The notes: generated by a model from the letters alone, not told the origin. Shown: positions 1 to 13,012, counted from the stretch's first letter. The stretch is DNA of 64,000 bases from Octopus vulgaris (GCA_951406725.2 OX597821.1:43958001-44022000); one strand, 5' to 3'. Made by a program: numbers and translations.

Positions 1-53
1 TCTGTCGTATCGAATCATCATCAATACTCTAGAATGAGTTGGGAAACAACAGA

Positions 54-266
54 CTATCTCTTTATATACCTAAATCCCCATTTATCGATAATCTCTATTG
101 TCTGTGTTGCTCTGTGGTACTTAATCATTGACGTTGCTCTAGAATGATTGGGATATGTTGGAATTCTTTCAAATACAATATCTTGCCTGAATCCTCGAAG
201 CATCGAAGATAAACTATCTACAGAATTATCACATCCGACGAAATTGCTTTTGCCAGCTGACTGTTT
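54..266 (-). CDS. Candidate terminal coding exon of an unidentified host gene
   Basis: On the minus strand a polypyrimidine tract (ttttttcttcttttttgtttaatttcttcag) precedes an open phase-0 frame KQSAGKSNFVGCDNSVDSLSSMLRGFRQDIVFERIPTYPNHSRATSMIKYHRATQTIEIIDKWGFRYIKR ending at TAG (54-56). Non-repetitive sequence; no homology recognised. Confidence 0.25.
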   Translation of the reverse strand, partial: KQSAGKSNFVGCDNSVDSLSSMLRGFRQDIVFERIPTYPNHSRATSMIKYHRATQTIEIIDKWGFRYIKR

Positions 267-775
267 CTGAAGAAATTAAACAAAAAAGAAGAAAAAAATC
301 CTTTACACCGATATGGCTGTAAGAGTTGAAGGCATCGTTCAAAGTTTTGACACGTCTCTGGTAACAAGAATGAACAATACACAAAAGCACGTCAAAGGTC
401 TCACTGAAAATTATTCCAAAGTTGCAGCCTGGGTATTCTCAATCTGGTTTACGCGTCCTACCAAAAACCGTTGCCGATAAGATTATGCATTTCTACGTGC
501 AGACAGTTCATGGAACCTAAGTTGAGGTCTGGGTATTTGGTGGGAGCCAAATGGCACGCTTCCACATGCAACACATCGGAAAGCAACAGCTTAGAAGTAG
601 ATGTCAAGGGCGAGCTGCTCTGAAAAGGATTTAGCTGGGCTCTACCAAAGTTATAGTTCCTGGGGATTTGGTCGCTTTTCATCCATTAATCGATATGAAT
701 TGAATTTGGTGCCTGTGGTGGCTATGGCGTCATTTCTTCTATTGTGTTAATATATTATTTTGTGTGACCATATTG

Positions 776-1127
776 TTTGTGTGTGTGTGAGTGTGTGTAT
801 ATGCGCGCGTGTGTGTGTGCGCACGCGTATACGTCTATATGTGTGCATGTATGTGTATATATACACATACGTGCTCGTGTATGTGAATACCTACGTACAT
901 AAATACACAAATACATACACATATATCTACATATCTGTATGTATGTATGTGTATGAGTTATATATATGTATGTGTGTGTATATATATATGTGTATGTGTG
1001 CATCTATATATGCTTATGTACATATATACATATATGTGTGCGTGTATGTGTGCGTATGTATATCTGTGTGTCTGTATGCGTTAGTGTATGTGTGTGATTA
1101 TGACACACAAACATACTCACACACACA
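776..1127. repeat. Degenerate (TG)n/(TA)n/(CA)n microsatellite field
   Basis: Alternating purine-pyrimidine repeats read directly. Confidence 0.9.
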
Positions 1128-2187
1128 TTTATTTGCAGAGCGAAAGAGGGGAAGGAGAGTGGTGAGAACGGGAGAAGAGAGAGTGGGGTGGCAGACAGAT
1201 ATATTATGATATATTTGCCATCTTTGTCTCTCTGTCTTTATCCATTTCCGACCACCACACATTATTAAATGAACGTTGTTTCAATGTATAAAAATCAGCC
1301 TCAGTTGACTTTCATCGTGCACAATAGGAAATTCCTTTCATTTCATATCGCTTATAAAAGTCCGAAAATATTAGATTTTCTGGTAGAAGTATAATCGGAG
1401 GAGAGACTTGAAATTCGATTTCGAAATTCCATTGGAAATATAGCCTGAATTCAACATGAAACAAGATACCATAAATGCGATGGATAAAAAGAACGAGATG
1501 AAGTAACTAGAGAGATCCACTTAATTGTTTCACCTTCTGAAAGTTAATAAATGTATTTAGGGGAAAGATTATCAGATTTAGTCTATCCATCCATTGCCAT
1601 TGCACAACGTAAGATTGTTAAACTCAGTAAAGTTATAGCAGTCACGACACCTTCAGTTTGTGTGGTGTCTTAGTTTCTATCTGTTAGTTTCTAGTAATGT
1701 TCATGGCTGTATATAGGAACGTCTTACAGACATTTGTAATTTCAGAGTTGCATTATTTGTTGAGAGCGATGTCGGTATCAATATCAAAGACTCAATAAAA
1801 GATAGAAAATGTTTCAGAAAATTGATGAATAAAACCGTTCAAAATGAAACTAACCTAAATTCTGGAATATCTGTCAAGCCGTCTCAAAAGATAGAGATTT
1901 AACAGCTGCATGCTCGCGTGTGAATGAGATGAAGTAATGGCGAATGTTCTCGGCGGTGACTAGTTGATGCCGATCGAATTAACTGGAATTTATTGTGTCT
2001 TTTAAGAAATCACGGTTCTAAATTCGAATCATGTCTCGATCGATTATTGTCTCTTTCAAACCAATCAAATAAATACCAGTAATAAACTAAATTGATAAAA
2101 CCAATGTATATTTCCAACCACTTTTACAAAAGAAGCTATATTTGTTACAAACATATTTAAGAATAAGGAGTATGTATAGAATAGAGA

Positions 2188-2409
2188 TGCATACATACGT
2201 GCATACATACATGCATGCATACATACATACATACATACATACATACATACATACATACATACATACATACATACACACACACATACACACATACATACAT
2301 ACATACATATATACGTATACACGCAAACACACACACACATATATATAAATATATATAATATGTATATACTATACATATACATATATATATATACATATAT
2401 ATGTGTGTA

Positions 2410-2498
<89 letters not shown>

Positions 2499-2520
2499 AA
2501 GGCCGAGAGACAGACAGAGG
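2188..2520. repeat. Compound microsatellite (TACA)n-(TA)n-(GA)n
   Basis: Read directly. Confidence 0.95.
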
Positions 2521-3300
2521 GGAAAGTGATGTAGTGTCAGCTATTTATGAAGAGAGCCTAAACTCAGTCACAGACCCAGCCCCGGATGTATTCCTAGCAA
2601 TCCTCTTGAAGAAATGCAAAGGGGCTCTGGTAAGACCCCTATAGATTTTCTTCTATCCATAAAGGAGATGGCAGAGTGGATGCTAAATATTATAGGCCTG
2701 TCTCTATAAACTTACATATCAGCAAATTCATGGAGCGCATTGTCAGGAAGAAGCTGATCATATTCTTAGAAGATAATGACTTGATCCCTGATACCCAGTA
2801 TGGCTTCTACACAGCCAACACTGCTTCTGCTTCTATAGTGCTTCTGCAGCACTATGACTGGGTGTTAAAACAACTAAGGAATCACTCAAATGTGGATGTG
2901 ATATAAATCGATTTTGCAGAGGCCTTTGATAAGGTTGTACATTGGATAGTATGTAACAAACTACGGAGACACGAAATAGTCGGAAAACTGGCAGAGTGAT
3001 TACATGACTTCTTAAGAGACAGAAGCTCTGGCAGCCAATGAGACCCTCTCCAAGGAGTCAGTAATAGCGAGTGGAGTGACTCAGGGAACTGTCTTGGGAC
3101 CGCTGCTGTTTATGGTAGCTTTTTCAGATATGCCATCAATTACACAGACAGCCACACTTACGACACAAAAGTAGTACAATTAGTCAAGGAGTCTATCGAT
3201 GCTAATCTTCTACAGTAAAATCTTGATGCCATATAAAAACGGGCTGAACAAAACAACATGCCATTTAATGCAGGAAAATTCCAAGCCCTCTACTATCAGC
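2520..3300 (+). mobile_element. Decayed CR1/L2-type LINE reverse transcriptase fragment
   Basis: Interrupted frames give PDVFLAILLKKCKGALVRPL, YRPVSINLHISKFMERIV...QYGF, VDVI*IDFAEAFDKVVH, SGVTQGTVLGPLLF and WAEQNNMPFNAGKF, i.e. non-LTR RT motifs with stops and frameshifts. Confidence 0.85.
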
Positions 3301-3511
3301 TAGCTTATGCTAAGATGCGGAGGCAAAGATACCTCCTTATGTTTACAAGGGGGAGATAAACATAAGGACACAGGAAATGTGTCCTTATGGAAGCGGTGCT
3401 GCTTCCTAGGGCTAAATAGCAGTAGTATTATTCCCTTCGTGGGACTGTCATATTAAGTTGACAGCATACAACTACTTTATCGTATCACTACTACATAAAT
3501 CTCTCAGTCGC

Positions 3512-3547
<36 letters not shown>

Positions 3548-4329
3548 GGGTGGCTAACAAGCAACACTTACACACACACACACACACACACACATACACA
3601 CGCACCCTCACCCCACATATATATATATATACAGTATATAAATACAGAGACACACACGCATATACTCACATATTCATGTACGCATGTATGTATGTTTGTC
3701 TTCATTTATGTATAAACGGTGTAGAATTTTAGTAAATCTAATATACAGTCTTATAACATTTCTCATTCCCCTACCTCTGATGAAACACTCTATTCTGATG
3801 TCATCTCCTGGAATAACAATTTCAATCTATCTTCCAAATTATTAATGAGTTGATTCTATCGTCGGTTTCGTACCTGATATTCTTGGTCATATTCATTATT
3901 AGCATTCAGAGAGATGGCTGTCTGCCACGGAAACCCAATAAAGATTACGGGTCTTTCTATATAAACTATATATTGAGTGTATGTGACATATCTGGCGCTC
4001 ATTTATTGTTTATAATACCAGGCTTTAGTTGGGCTCTGTATTGTTATCTTTTAACTGGCGATGCGATATCTCTTCGTTCATGTCACATGTTCTTATCTCA
4101 GACTGTTTAGTTAGAGGTCAGATAGCGACAGAGATATGGAACTCACTAGCAAATTATTAACTGTTAAATAGGTTACGGATTGGCGGTTAATGTTGAATCA
4201 TGTGAAAATGGCTTCAAGTTTTAATCAACTCGGGAGAGCATTGGTCATTGTCAGGCTGAAGAAGCTCTAAAATACATTTGATTCGTTTCTGCCTTGATGA
4301 TTTTAATAGACAAAACGTAATGACGGAGA

Positions 4330-4472
4330 AAGATGAAGGAGAAGGAGGGAGAGAGGGACGGAGAGAGAAAGAAAGAAGTAAGATTGTGAGAGAATAAGTG
4401 AAAGAAAGAGAAAAAGCGAATGAGATAGATATAAATAAAGCGATAGAGAGAGAGAGAGAGAGAGAGATAGAA

Positions 4473-4542
<70 letters not shown>

Positions 4543-4730
4543 AGGGGGGGGGGACTACATAGTGAGATCATTAGTACATGAAAGATAGAGAAAAATTGAA
4601 TGAGATGAAGAAAGTGCAAGAGAAAGAGAGAGTGCGGAAGAAAGAAAGAAAGAGTGACAGACTTAGAGGGAGGACATCGAGGTCACGAGAGAGAAAAAGT
4701 GAATGAGACTGAGAGAGAAAGAGAGAGATC
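4330..4730. repeat. Purine-rich (GA)n/(GACA)n/(GATA)n low-complexity tract
   Basis: Read directly. Confidence 0.9.
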
Positions 4731-6002
4731 GTGAAGGGGAATGGGTCGTAACCAGTCTTCCAGGAACCTCTTACCATTCTTCAATGAACACATCAGCACA
4801 CTCTTGTGAATATTACAGTTTTCATTATTTATTTATAATTTGCATAATTCTGAGAGGAATTGTCTGTGTGTCTTGAACAGCAGTCTTCATTGCTCTCTCA
4901 TAGACTCAGTGATAAAAGATACTGACACAACTACCTACTGCGGTGAGTTCTACTGACACACCGTACCACTGCAAACCAATTTACAACTGTGTAGAAGTGA
5001 AATAGCTCAATGAAACGACTACAGTTTACAAGTTCATAAGTGAGTTCGAATTCACGTCAGGCTGTTTTTTTTTCCATCCGTGTGTTTTGAGCAATCCAAC
5101 TTTCTTCAGATTCGTTCCACGTCACCAAATTGTCGAGAATTGACAACATATTCCACCCTGTCAAAGACCCACGAATGTATTTATCTGACATGTTCTTAGC
5201 ACCATGGAACAACCCTCTCATTGCTCAGGAACATGATCATTTATTATAATCACACACAAAACAAGCACCCACACACCTACAAACACACATGTATATGCTT
5301 ACAGATATATGGGATGTTTCAAAGGTGACCATCTGTTTAATAAGCCAATAATTTTAGCCTTTCAGAGAAAAACAAACTGCTGGAATATATTAACTTCTGA
5401 TACCAAAATAATGGAATGAGGATATAATTTATTCATTTAAAATATTGATTTAATCCTTCTAAAATGGTTTTAGGCATCAGACTTGAAGAATTCAAATTAT
5501 TCTATGGAGATGATGACTGTACAATACCAGCACTTGTCTTGGGTTTTCATGAGGTCAAATAATCTAGTTATGGTGATTACAGTGTGTAACATGATTTTTG
5601 TCCTTGAGCAGCATCTGTTATTTCCTATTTGCTTGTGAAAAATGGCTAATGTTCAGTCAAACTCCAAAGAGTCCTTCTCAATACATGGGTATAATGCTCC
5701 CCCCCCCCCACTTGTCTTGCTCATGATCAGTGATGCACATGTTATCAGTCACTAAGGGACATGCTTAAGTGGTTTAGACCAAGCAACTAACAAGCAAATC
5801 TGTGGTATTGAGCAGAATATTTGCTATAATGATATTTCTGCATTAGCAGTCTCCTCGCTGAATCTGTCTGAAATGCAATGGAAAATAGGTCAGTTCCAAA
5901 ACATTAATGTCCGTGTCACAAAAGTTTGAAGGGAATAGTAGTCATTTCCTTTGATTTCTAGATAGAAGCAAATAGGAAATAACACTTACTGACCATAGAC
6001 AA

Positions 6003-6080
<78 letters not shown>
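6003..6080. repeat. (GATA)n microsatellite
   Basis: Read directly. Confidence 0.95.
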
Positions 6081-6082
<2 letters not shown>

Positions 6083-6692
6083 AAATTAAAGTGTTAAACA
6101 GTGTTATCTAATTCATCAAGGTTAGCTAATTCATGTGATTAAAGAATGTTATTAGTCAAGGTTTGCTCATTCAGAATCCAATAGGAATATTCTAAATGAT
6201 TTTCTTGGTTTTCCCGTGTAATTAATTGCCGCAGAGAAATCCAGGATGTCTGTAAACTACAAGAATGAAATAATCTGTATCACACTTCGTTTGAGGATGT
6301 CACAAGCGCTACGTGCAGAACTGAAACTGACTTTTCTTATTACATTTGAATTGGCATTTCCGGTAATGTTTGCATAACCCTTTATTCTATGTCTTTCTCG
6401 AAGGATGGTCGACTAACACTTGAAGTATCAGGAAAATTCTTTTTCTTTTCAAACTTCTTTATGCAGTTTCTAAAGTTTATTATTTTAGGCAGAGTTTTGC
6501 TGTCAGTGGTGTTCGTGGAGTTTTGTAGGTTCTTAATATCGATATTACATTTCTATCATTTTTATGGAATAATTCTAGTACTTCAAGATTGGTGTCGCAA
6601 ATAATTCCAAAATGAAAGAATTGGTATATGAAATTGCTAAAATATATATTATCTACATTGTGTGTGTGTGAATGTGTGAGTGTGTGCGTGGT

Positions 6693-6732
<40 letters not shown>

Positions 6733-6734
<2 letters not shown>

Positions 6735-7290
6735 GATGCTGAGCTGGCAGAATCGTTAGCACACCGGGTGAAATGCTTGGCGGTATTTCGTCTGTCTTTA
6801 TGTTCTGAGTTCAAATTCCGCCGAAGTCGACTTTGCCTTTCATCCTTTCGGGGTCGATAAATTAAGTACCAGTTATGCACTGGGGTCGATGTAATCGACT
6901 TAATTCGTTTGTCTGTGCTTGTTTGTCCTCTCTGTGTTTAGCCCCTTGTGGGTAGTAAAGAAATAGGTATTTCGTCTGCCGTTACGTTCTGAGTTCAAAT
7001 TCCGCCGAAGCCAACTTTGTCTTTCATCCTTTCGGGGTCGATTAAATAAGTACCAGTTACGCACTGGGGTCGATATAATCGACTTAATCCGTTTGTCTGT
7101 CCTTGTTTGTCCCCTCTGTGTGTAGCCCCTTGTGGGTAGTAAAGAAATAGTTATTTCTTCCGTCTTTACTTCTGAGTTCAAATTTCGCTTCCATCCTTTC
7201 GGGCACCAGTTGAGTCTTGGGGTCGATGTAATCGACTGTTCTCTCCCCCTACAAAAAAATTCAGGTCTTGTGTCTTTAGGAGAAAAAATT
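6733..7290 (+). mobile_element. tRNA-derived SINE (family A, Meta-SINE-like core), head plus three tandem bodies
   Basis: Box A-like gagctggcagaatcgttagc, box B-like gagttcaaattcc and core gactttgcctttcatcctttcggggtcgataaattaagtaccag. The body recurs at ~6783, ~6967 and ~7150. Confidence 0.85.
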
Positions 7291-7294
7291 TCGT

Positions 7295-7297
<3 letters not shown>

Positions 7298-7382
<85 letters not shown>

Positions 7383-7400
7383 TGTGTGTGTGTGTGTGTG
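7298..7400. repeat. (TG)n microsatellite
   Basis: Read directly. Confidence 0.95.
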
Positions 7401-7737
7401 ATGACATACTTCGTAATCTTTCTTTCCTCTCGATTGGTTAAAATTGCTAAGTTTATTGAAAAGACGGTGACTTTTGACACAGCTTGCATGGCAGCGCTCT
7501 AATCATCTATTCTTTGTTCTGTAGACAAGTTACTAATGCAACTGTGAGCGACACGGTTTATCTAATTTTCTATTTTTGGTCTTGTCTAATGATTCTGTGT
7601 AACTTACGATATGTAGGCATAATAAAATTCTAAATGAATATTTGCATTCCTTGGAGAACTTCTGTATAGATACAGAATCGATTAAATCAAAGCTAACGGT
7701 AACTCAGAACAGTAATTTATTGTAACATGTTGCCCGT

Positions 7738-7870
7738 AGGCGCAAGTATGGCTCTGCGGTTATGAAGTATGCCTTACAACTACGTAGTTACAGGTTCGAG
7801 TCTAGTACGTGGCGTCTTAAGCAAGTGTCTTCAACTGTACCCTCAGGTTAACTAATACTGTAAACGGAAG
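7738..7870 (+). mobile_element. Degenerate SINE family B head
   Basis: ggcgcaagtatggctctgcggtta...caggttcgagtc...gtggcgtcttaagcaagtgtcttc resembles the 5' part of the family B copies (e.g. 36175). Confidence 0.55.
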
Positions 7871-8230
7871 CAGGGCTGAAATTTATAAGTCTATCTGCAA
7901 GTGATGTTGCATTTTTTTCGTGTCTTTGAATTCAAAATACGAGAGAAAGAGGACATCTATGGACATAATGAGTTTTCAAATCCAGTACCCAAAATACACT
8001 TTCAGCTTCATATCTATTATATGGGATTTGGGGGTGGGAATGCAAATCCTTAATTCATATGCTGTAAATAATCACTATATCTGGGGCTATAAAAACCTGC
8101 AAGTCCTTAAGGCTTAAAGGATGACGATTAAAACAAGATACTTTCCTTCAGAACCTTGTTACCAAGCAGGTGGCCTGTCAAAATTTACTCTACATTAAAA
8201 AGAGAAAGAGAAGCACAAACATACGTACAC

Positions 8231-8278
<48 letters not shown>

Positions 8279-8282
8279 ACTC

Positions 8283-8515
8283 AAGGCGGCGAGCTGGCAG
8301 ACACGTTAGCGCGCCGGGCGAAATGCTTTGCGGTATTTCGTCTGCCGCTACGTTCTGAGTTCAAATTCCGCCGAGGTCGACTTTGCCTTTCATATTTTCG
8401 GGGTCGATTAAATAAGTACCAGTTACGCACTGGGGTCGATATAATCGACTTAATCCGTTTGTCTGTCCTTGTTTGTCCCCTCTGTGTTTAGCCCCTTGTG
8501 GGTAGTAAAGAAATA
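8283..8515 (+). mobile_element. tRNA-derived SINE family A, single full copy
   Basis: ggcggcgagctggcagacacgttagc...gagttcaaattccgccgaggtcgactttgcctttca...ggggtcgat...gtagtaaagaaata; matches the 6733 copy. Confidence 0.9.
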
Positions 8516-8623
8516 TATATATTTGACATACCAGGGGTCTACCAACCTCCGTTGTCAAATCACTTGTATGCCATTGTTATGTCAGAAGTTACTTATAATT
8601 ATATACTTACCTCAGCGGTAAGT

Positions 8624-8667
<44 letters not shown>

Positions 8668-8962
8668 TCTATGGAGGGAAAGTAATTTAAAAACAGATAT
8701 GCATGTGTGTGTTTTGAATTCAGAGGTAATCTTCGACATGAACTTTCGAGAAGGTTATAAACAAGGGGAAAAAAGAGAAAAGAACTTGAACTATTCTTTC
8801 CTGGAAGCAAATAGAAGAAACGTTTCGTTTTTATTTTCTTTTTGTTCTGTCGAAGAGCAACATGAACCTTCAAGATATTTCTAAGAATTTTACGAAGATC
8901 TACTTACGAAGGTAAAGAAATTACTACTACTATTACAACTCCTCCACCTACTACTACTACAA

Positions 8963-8997
8963 ATAATAGTAATAATGATGAAGATGATGATGATAGC

Positions 8998-9044
<47 letters not shown>

Positions 9045-9052
9045 TAATAATG

Positions 9053-9089
<37 letters not shown>

Positions 9090-9154
9090 TAATAATAATA
9101 GTAATAATAATGATAATAATAATAATAATAATAATAATAATAGTAATAATAATG

Positions 9155-9245
<91 letters not shown>
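8963..9245. repeat. (TAA)n microsatellite with TGA/TAG variants; 5' flank of the Dong-like LINE
   Basis: Read directly. Confidence 0.95.
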
Positions 9246-9246
<1 letters not shown>

Positions 9247-9345
9247 TAGCGATAAGCGTTGCGACCTGCGGAAAGCTCGTAACAAAATCCCGCCACCCAC
9301 CGCCTCTAGGCAAAGCGCACCGACCGAGAAGAGTACGGCACAGCC

Positions 9346-9377
<32 letters not shown>

Positions 9378-12300
9378 GACGAATATAGATCTGCTAGTCT
9401 TAAGAAGCGGCGCTATGAGCAATGCTTACACGTAGTGAACCCTAAACTGACAGATCCATCTCCTAATATAAGAATGGATGCTCGTCATGCTTCAAGGTCA
9501 ACAAATCAAACAATAAACCGCATTGGTCATTGCGCGGATTACAAAAGACCACGTACCCGAAAATTGAACCAAATCCTGATTGAAAAATCAGTTACTGGAT
9601 CAAATCTTCCCAACACACAGGAGCTGGACGAACCCCACAACCGGAATATTCCAACAGATGGCCATCCATGCTCATCACCAAATAATCAAAAGAAAAAGAA
9701 GGAAAAATGGTCTAGGGAAGATAATAAAGAAGTTCTTGAGGCCTTCTACCATGCCATATATTTCCCCACAGATAAGTCTAGCACTGTACAAGCATACTTA
9801 AACTGGAGACAGAAACACCCTGAAGTAAGACCCTACATAGACAGTAACAAGCTTGCCAATGTTAGAAGAAACATTATAAAAAAGAAATTACTGACTGAAG
9901 TAGAGATTGATCAGGTTAGACAAGCAATATCGGATAAAATGAACGAAGCTGCAGCTAGAGAAGATAATACAGAGGAAATGATTATAGACCAGCCCAGGGC
10001 GGATAAAAACGAAGAGAGGATTGAAAGAGTTAGTATAAGTGATAGGCAAAGTGAAATACGCCCTGAACCAATCATAAACACTAAGACAGATGAGCATCAA
10101 ATAGATAAAGAAAGTCACACAAATATTGACCCAACAGAACTACATGAGCTAAAAAATCAAATCATGATTGAATGGCTGAAAATTAAAGCAACCAGCATGG
10201 ATGAGCGTGATACACTTCCTAAAATCCGCAACTCTAACCAAAACATGAAAATAATTGGTAAAATCCGGCTTGCACTTAAGGATATAATTTCAGTTAATGA
10301 TGTTGATATCACAAACCTCAACCACCTATACTATGCATCCGCGAAAATCTCAACGATCCTATGTGGTGTAAAGATTAGAAAACGGCAACAGTCCCACAAA
10401 AAGCCTTCTTGGCAAGAGCGTCTGCAACAACAAATTAAAATATTTAGATCTGACATTGAATATTTGAAAAACCTTAAGGCTCACAAGATTACCAAACCTA
10501 CAAAAACCCAAAAATTACTGAAAAAATACAATATGAAAACTATACTTGATATTGATGCCACCATAGAAACCATCAAACAAAAGGTATCTGCCAAAGCTGC
10601 CCGCATAGCGAGGTATGAAAAGCGTGTTAGATTTTTCAAGGACAACAACATGTTCAAAAATAACACCAAGAATTTTTACCGGAAGATAGGAAAAACAGCG
10701 TTTACTGCAGGGTCTGTACCATCAAAAGAAGAAGTGCAGAGATTTTGGAATAAAATCTGGGCAGAAGAAAAAACACACAACGAAAAGGCCCCCTGGATTG
10801 ACAGAATATCTACAGAACTGGACCCCTTAGAAGAGCAAAAGTGGGAGGGTGTCAAGGTAGAAGATATAAGATCTGCTCTCAGGAGGTCAAGCAAATGGAA
10901 GTCTCCAGGAAAGGATAAAATTCCTAACTTCTGGCTGAATGCCTTCCCAGAGAGCCATGAACTGCTAACAGAACTGTACAATGATGTTTTGCAACACCCT
11001 AGTAGGATGCCTCCTTGGCTAGTTAATGGGTTAACATTCCTGCTTCCAAAAAGTGAAGAAACAAATGAACCAAAAAACTATAGACCCATAACTTGCTTAA
11101 CAACTATGTACAAAACACTAACATCTGTCCTGACGGAATATACCTATAGTTTTTTAACAGACAGCAGCATATTCCCTAATGAACAGAAAGGATGTAAACG
11201 TGGATCCTACGGCTGTAAAGACCAACTACTCATCAATAAGATGATCTTAGAAGATTGTCACAAACGACACAAAAACTTATCAATAGCCTGGATAGACTAT
11301 AAAAAGGCTTTTGATAGCCTACCACATAGCTGGATTAGAAAATGCCTTGAAATGTATAAGATAGCACCAACTCTGCGAAACTTCTTGACTGTAAGTATGA
11401 GATCATGGAGAACCACACTAACTCTGAACAGTGACAGTGAATTCCTAAATGCTGGTGATGTAAAAATTTCGTGTGGCATTTTCCAGGGTGACTCACTGTC
11501 ACCACTCCTCTTTTGTTTATCCTTAATACCTCTCTCAAAGCTGCTCAATGACGCGTAGTACGGGTATAAAATGTTTGATAAAAATATAAATCATCTCGTT
11601 TACATGGATGATTTAAAGCTTTTTGCAAAAAATGATCAACAACTCAAGGGCTTACTAGCGATAGTCAAACAATTCAGTGACGACATCAGAATGCAATTCG
11701 GCCTCGATAAATGTGCAAAGGCTACCTTTATCAAAGGAAAAATGACAGAAACATCTAACGTTAACCTTGACCAACAGAATGTCATAAAAGAACTAGACCC
11801 AGCGGAGAGCTACAAGTACCTAGGGATAATTGAAGGGAACGGAATAAGGCATTCAGAGATGAAGGAAAGGATCAGGAGAGAATGCTATTGAAGAGTGAGA
11901 GCAATACTCAAGACAGAGCTGAATGCAAGAAACAGGATCGAAGCAATCAATGCATTAGCTATACCAGTCGTGACTTACAGTTTCAATATTGTTAACTGGT
12001 CAATTACTGAAATATGTCAGCTCGACAGAAAAATAAGGAAACTGTTGACAATGCATAGAATGCACCACCCTAAGGCAGATACAGAACGACTCTATCTGCC
12101 AAGAAAAGAGGGAGGCCGTGGTCTTTTGCAACTGGCAATAACAATGAAGATTGCTACAATTGGCCTAGACACCTACCTCAACAAAATGAAACCATTGACC
12201 ATGTGGTCTCCAAGTGCAGTCTTCTAGCGCCTACAGAGTATCTCAACAGGCACGATAGAGCTGCACAATATATTCACTGGGTAATCTGTAAAAACCTGGA

Positions 12301-12762
12301 TTTGCCCCATGAAAAAAACTGGTGGGAACACAAACCACCCCCAGTGCTTGAAAATGACCACATCTCACTCCTCTGGAACTTCACCATTCAAACTGACAGG
12401 AAGATAGATGCAAATAGGCCAGACATCATATTGAAAAACTTCAAACAAAGAACATGCCTCCTCATTGATATGACTGTCCCAATCGATATAAACGTATCTG
12501 TCAAGACCTACCAAAAACTGAGCAAATATAAAGATCTTGAAATAGAAATCAGCAAAATGTGGAAGCTGAAGACTAAAACAATACCTGTTGTCATAGGTGC
12601 CCTGGGAATGATAGCAAAAGGGGCTGATAGCTACCTAACTCAGATACCAGGAAACCCAAAAATGGCAGAAGTTCAAAAGATAGTGCTCATGGGAACTGCT
12701 CATATCCTACGCAAAATACTCTATGTAATCTCAAGGTTTAAAACAAACATAATTTTCGGTTT

Positions 12763-12793
<31 letters not shown>

Positions 12794-12962
12794 TTTTTAT
12801 TTTTTTATTTTTTAGACATTCATTAGTACAACATCCCCACCCCCCAAATATATGGCACACTAGGCATAACAACAACATGAACTTCCAACCCTGTTGTCTC
12901 TTGAGGTCTCTGGGTGAGACTTGGAGCCAACTTGTACAAATATAAAGCAAAAGTCAAACATA

Positions 12963-12963
<1 letters not shown>
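9246..12963 (+). mobile_element. Near-full-length R4/Dong-clade non-LTR retrotransposon (single ORF: Myb-like, RT, restriction-like endonuclease) inserted in (TAA)n
   Basis: N-terminal Myb-like KEKWSREDNKEVLEAFY...; RT motifs WKSPGKDKIPNFW, NYRPITCL, EQKGC, WIDYKKAFDSLPHSW, GIFQGDSLSPLLF, YMDD, FGLDKC, YKYLG; RLE motifs RHDRAA...RPDIIL...IDMTVP...KLSKYKDL. Bounded on both sides by (TAA)n. Confidence 0.93.
9474..12730 (+). pseudogene. Disabled RT-RLE polyprotein of the Dong-like element
   Basis: First in-frame ATG at 9474. In-frame TAG at 11556-11558 and TGA at 11889-11891, and a frameshifting junction at ~12185 where the post-RT region jumps to NETIDHVVSKC. Confidence 0.88.

Positions 12964-13011
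<48 letters not shown>
12963..13011. repeat. (TAA)n 3' flank of the Dong-like LINE
   Basis: Read directly. Confidence 0.95.

Positions 13012-13012
<1 letters not shown>

Noticed and set aside
458-682. 74-aa minus-strand ORF as the exon upstream of 54-266
   Set aside because: No recognisable homology, and the nearest donor (TG|GTAGGA) joined to the 266 acceptor would create a TGA stop.
3778-3815. CTGATGA as a hammerhead core
   Set aside because: No downstream GAAA or closing stems.
9246-9473. HDV-like ribozyme in the Dong 5' UTR
   Set aside because: Plausible from family knowledge, but I could not assign the nested double pseudoknot by eye; it needs a descriptor search.
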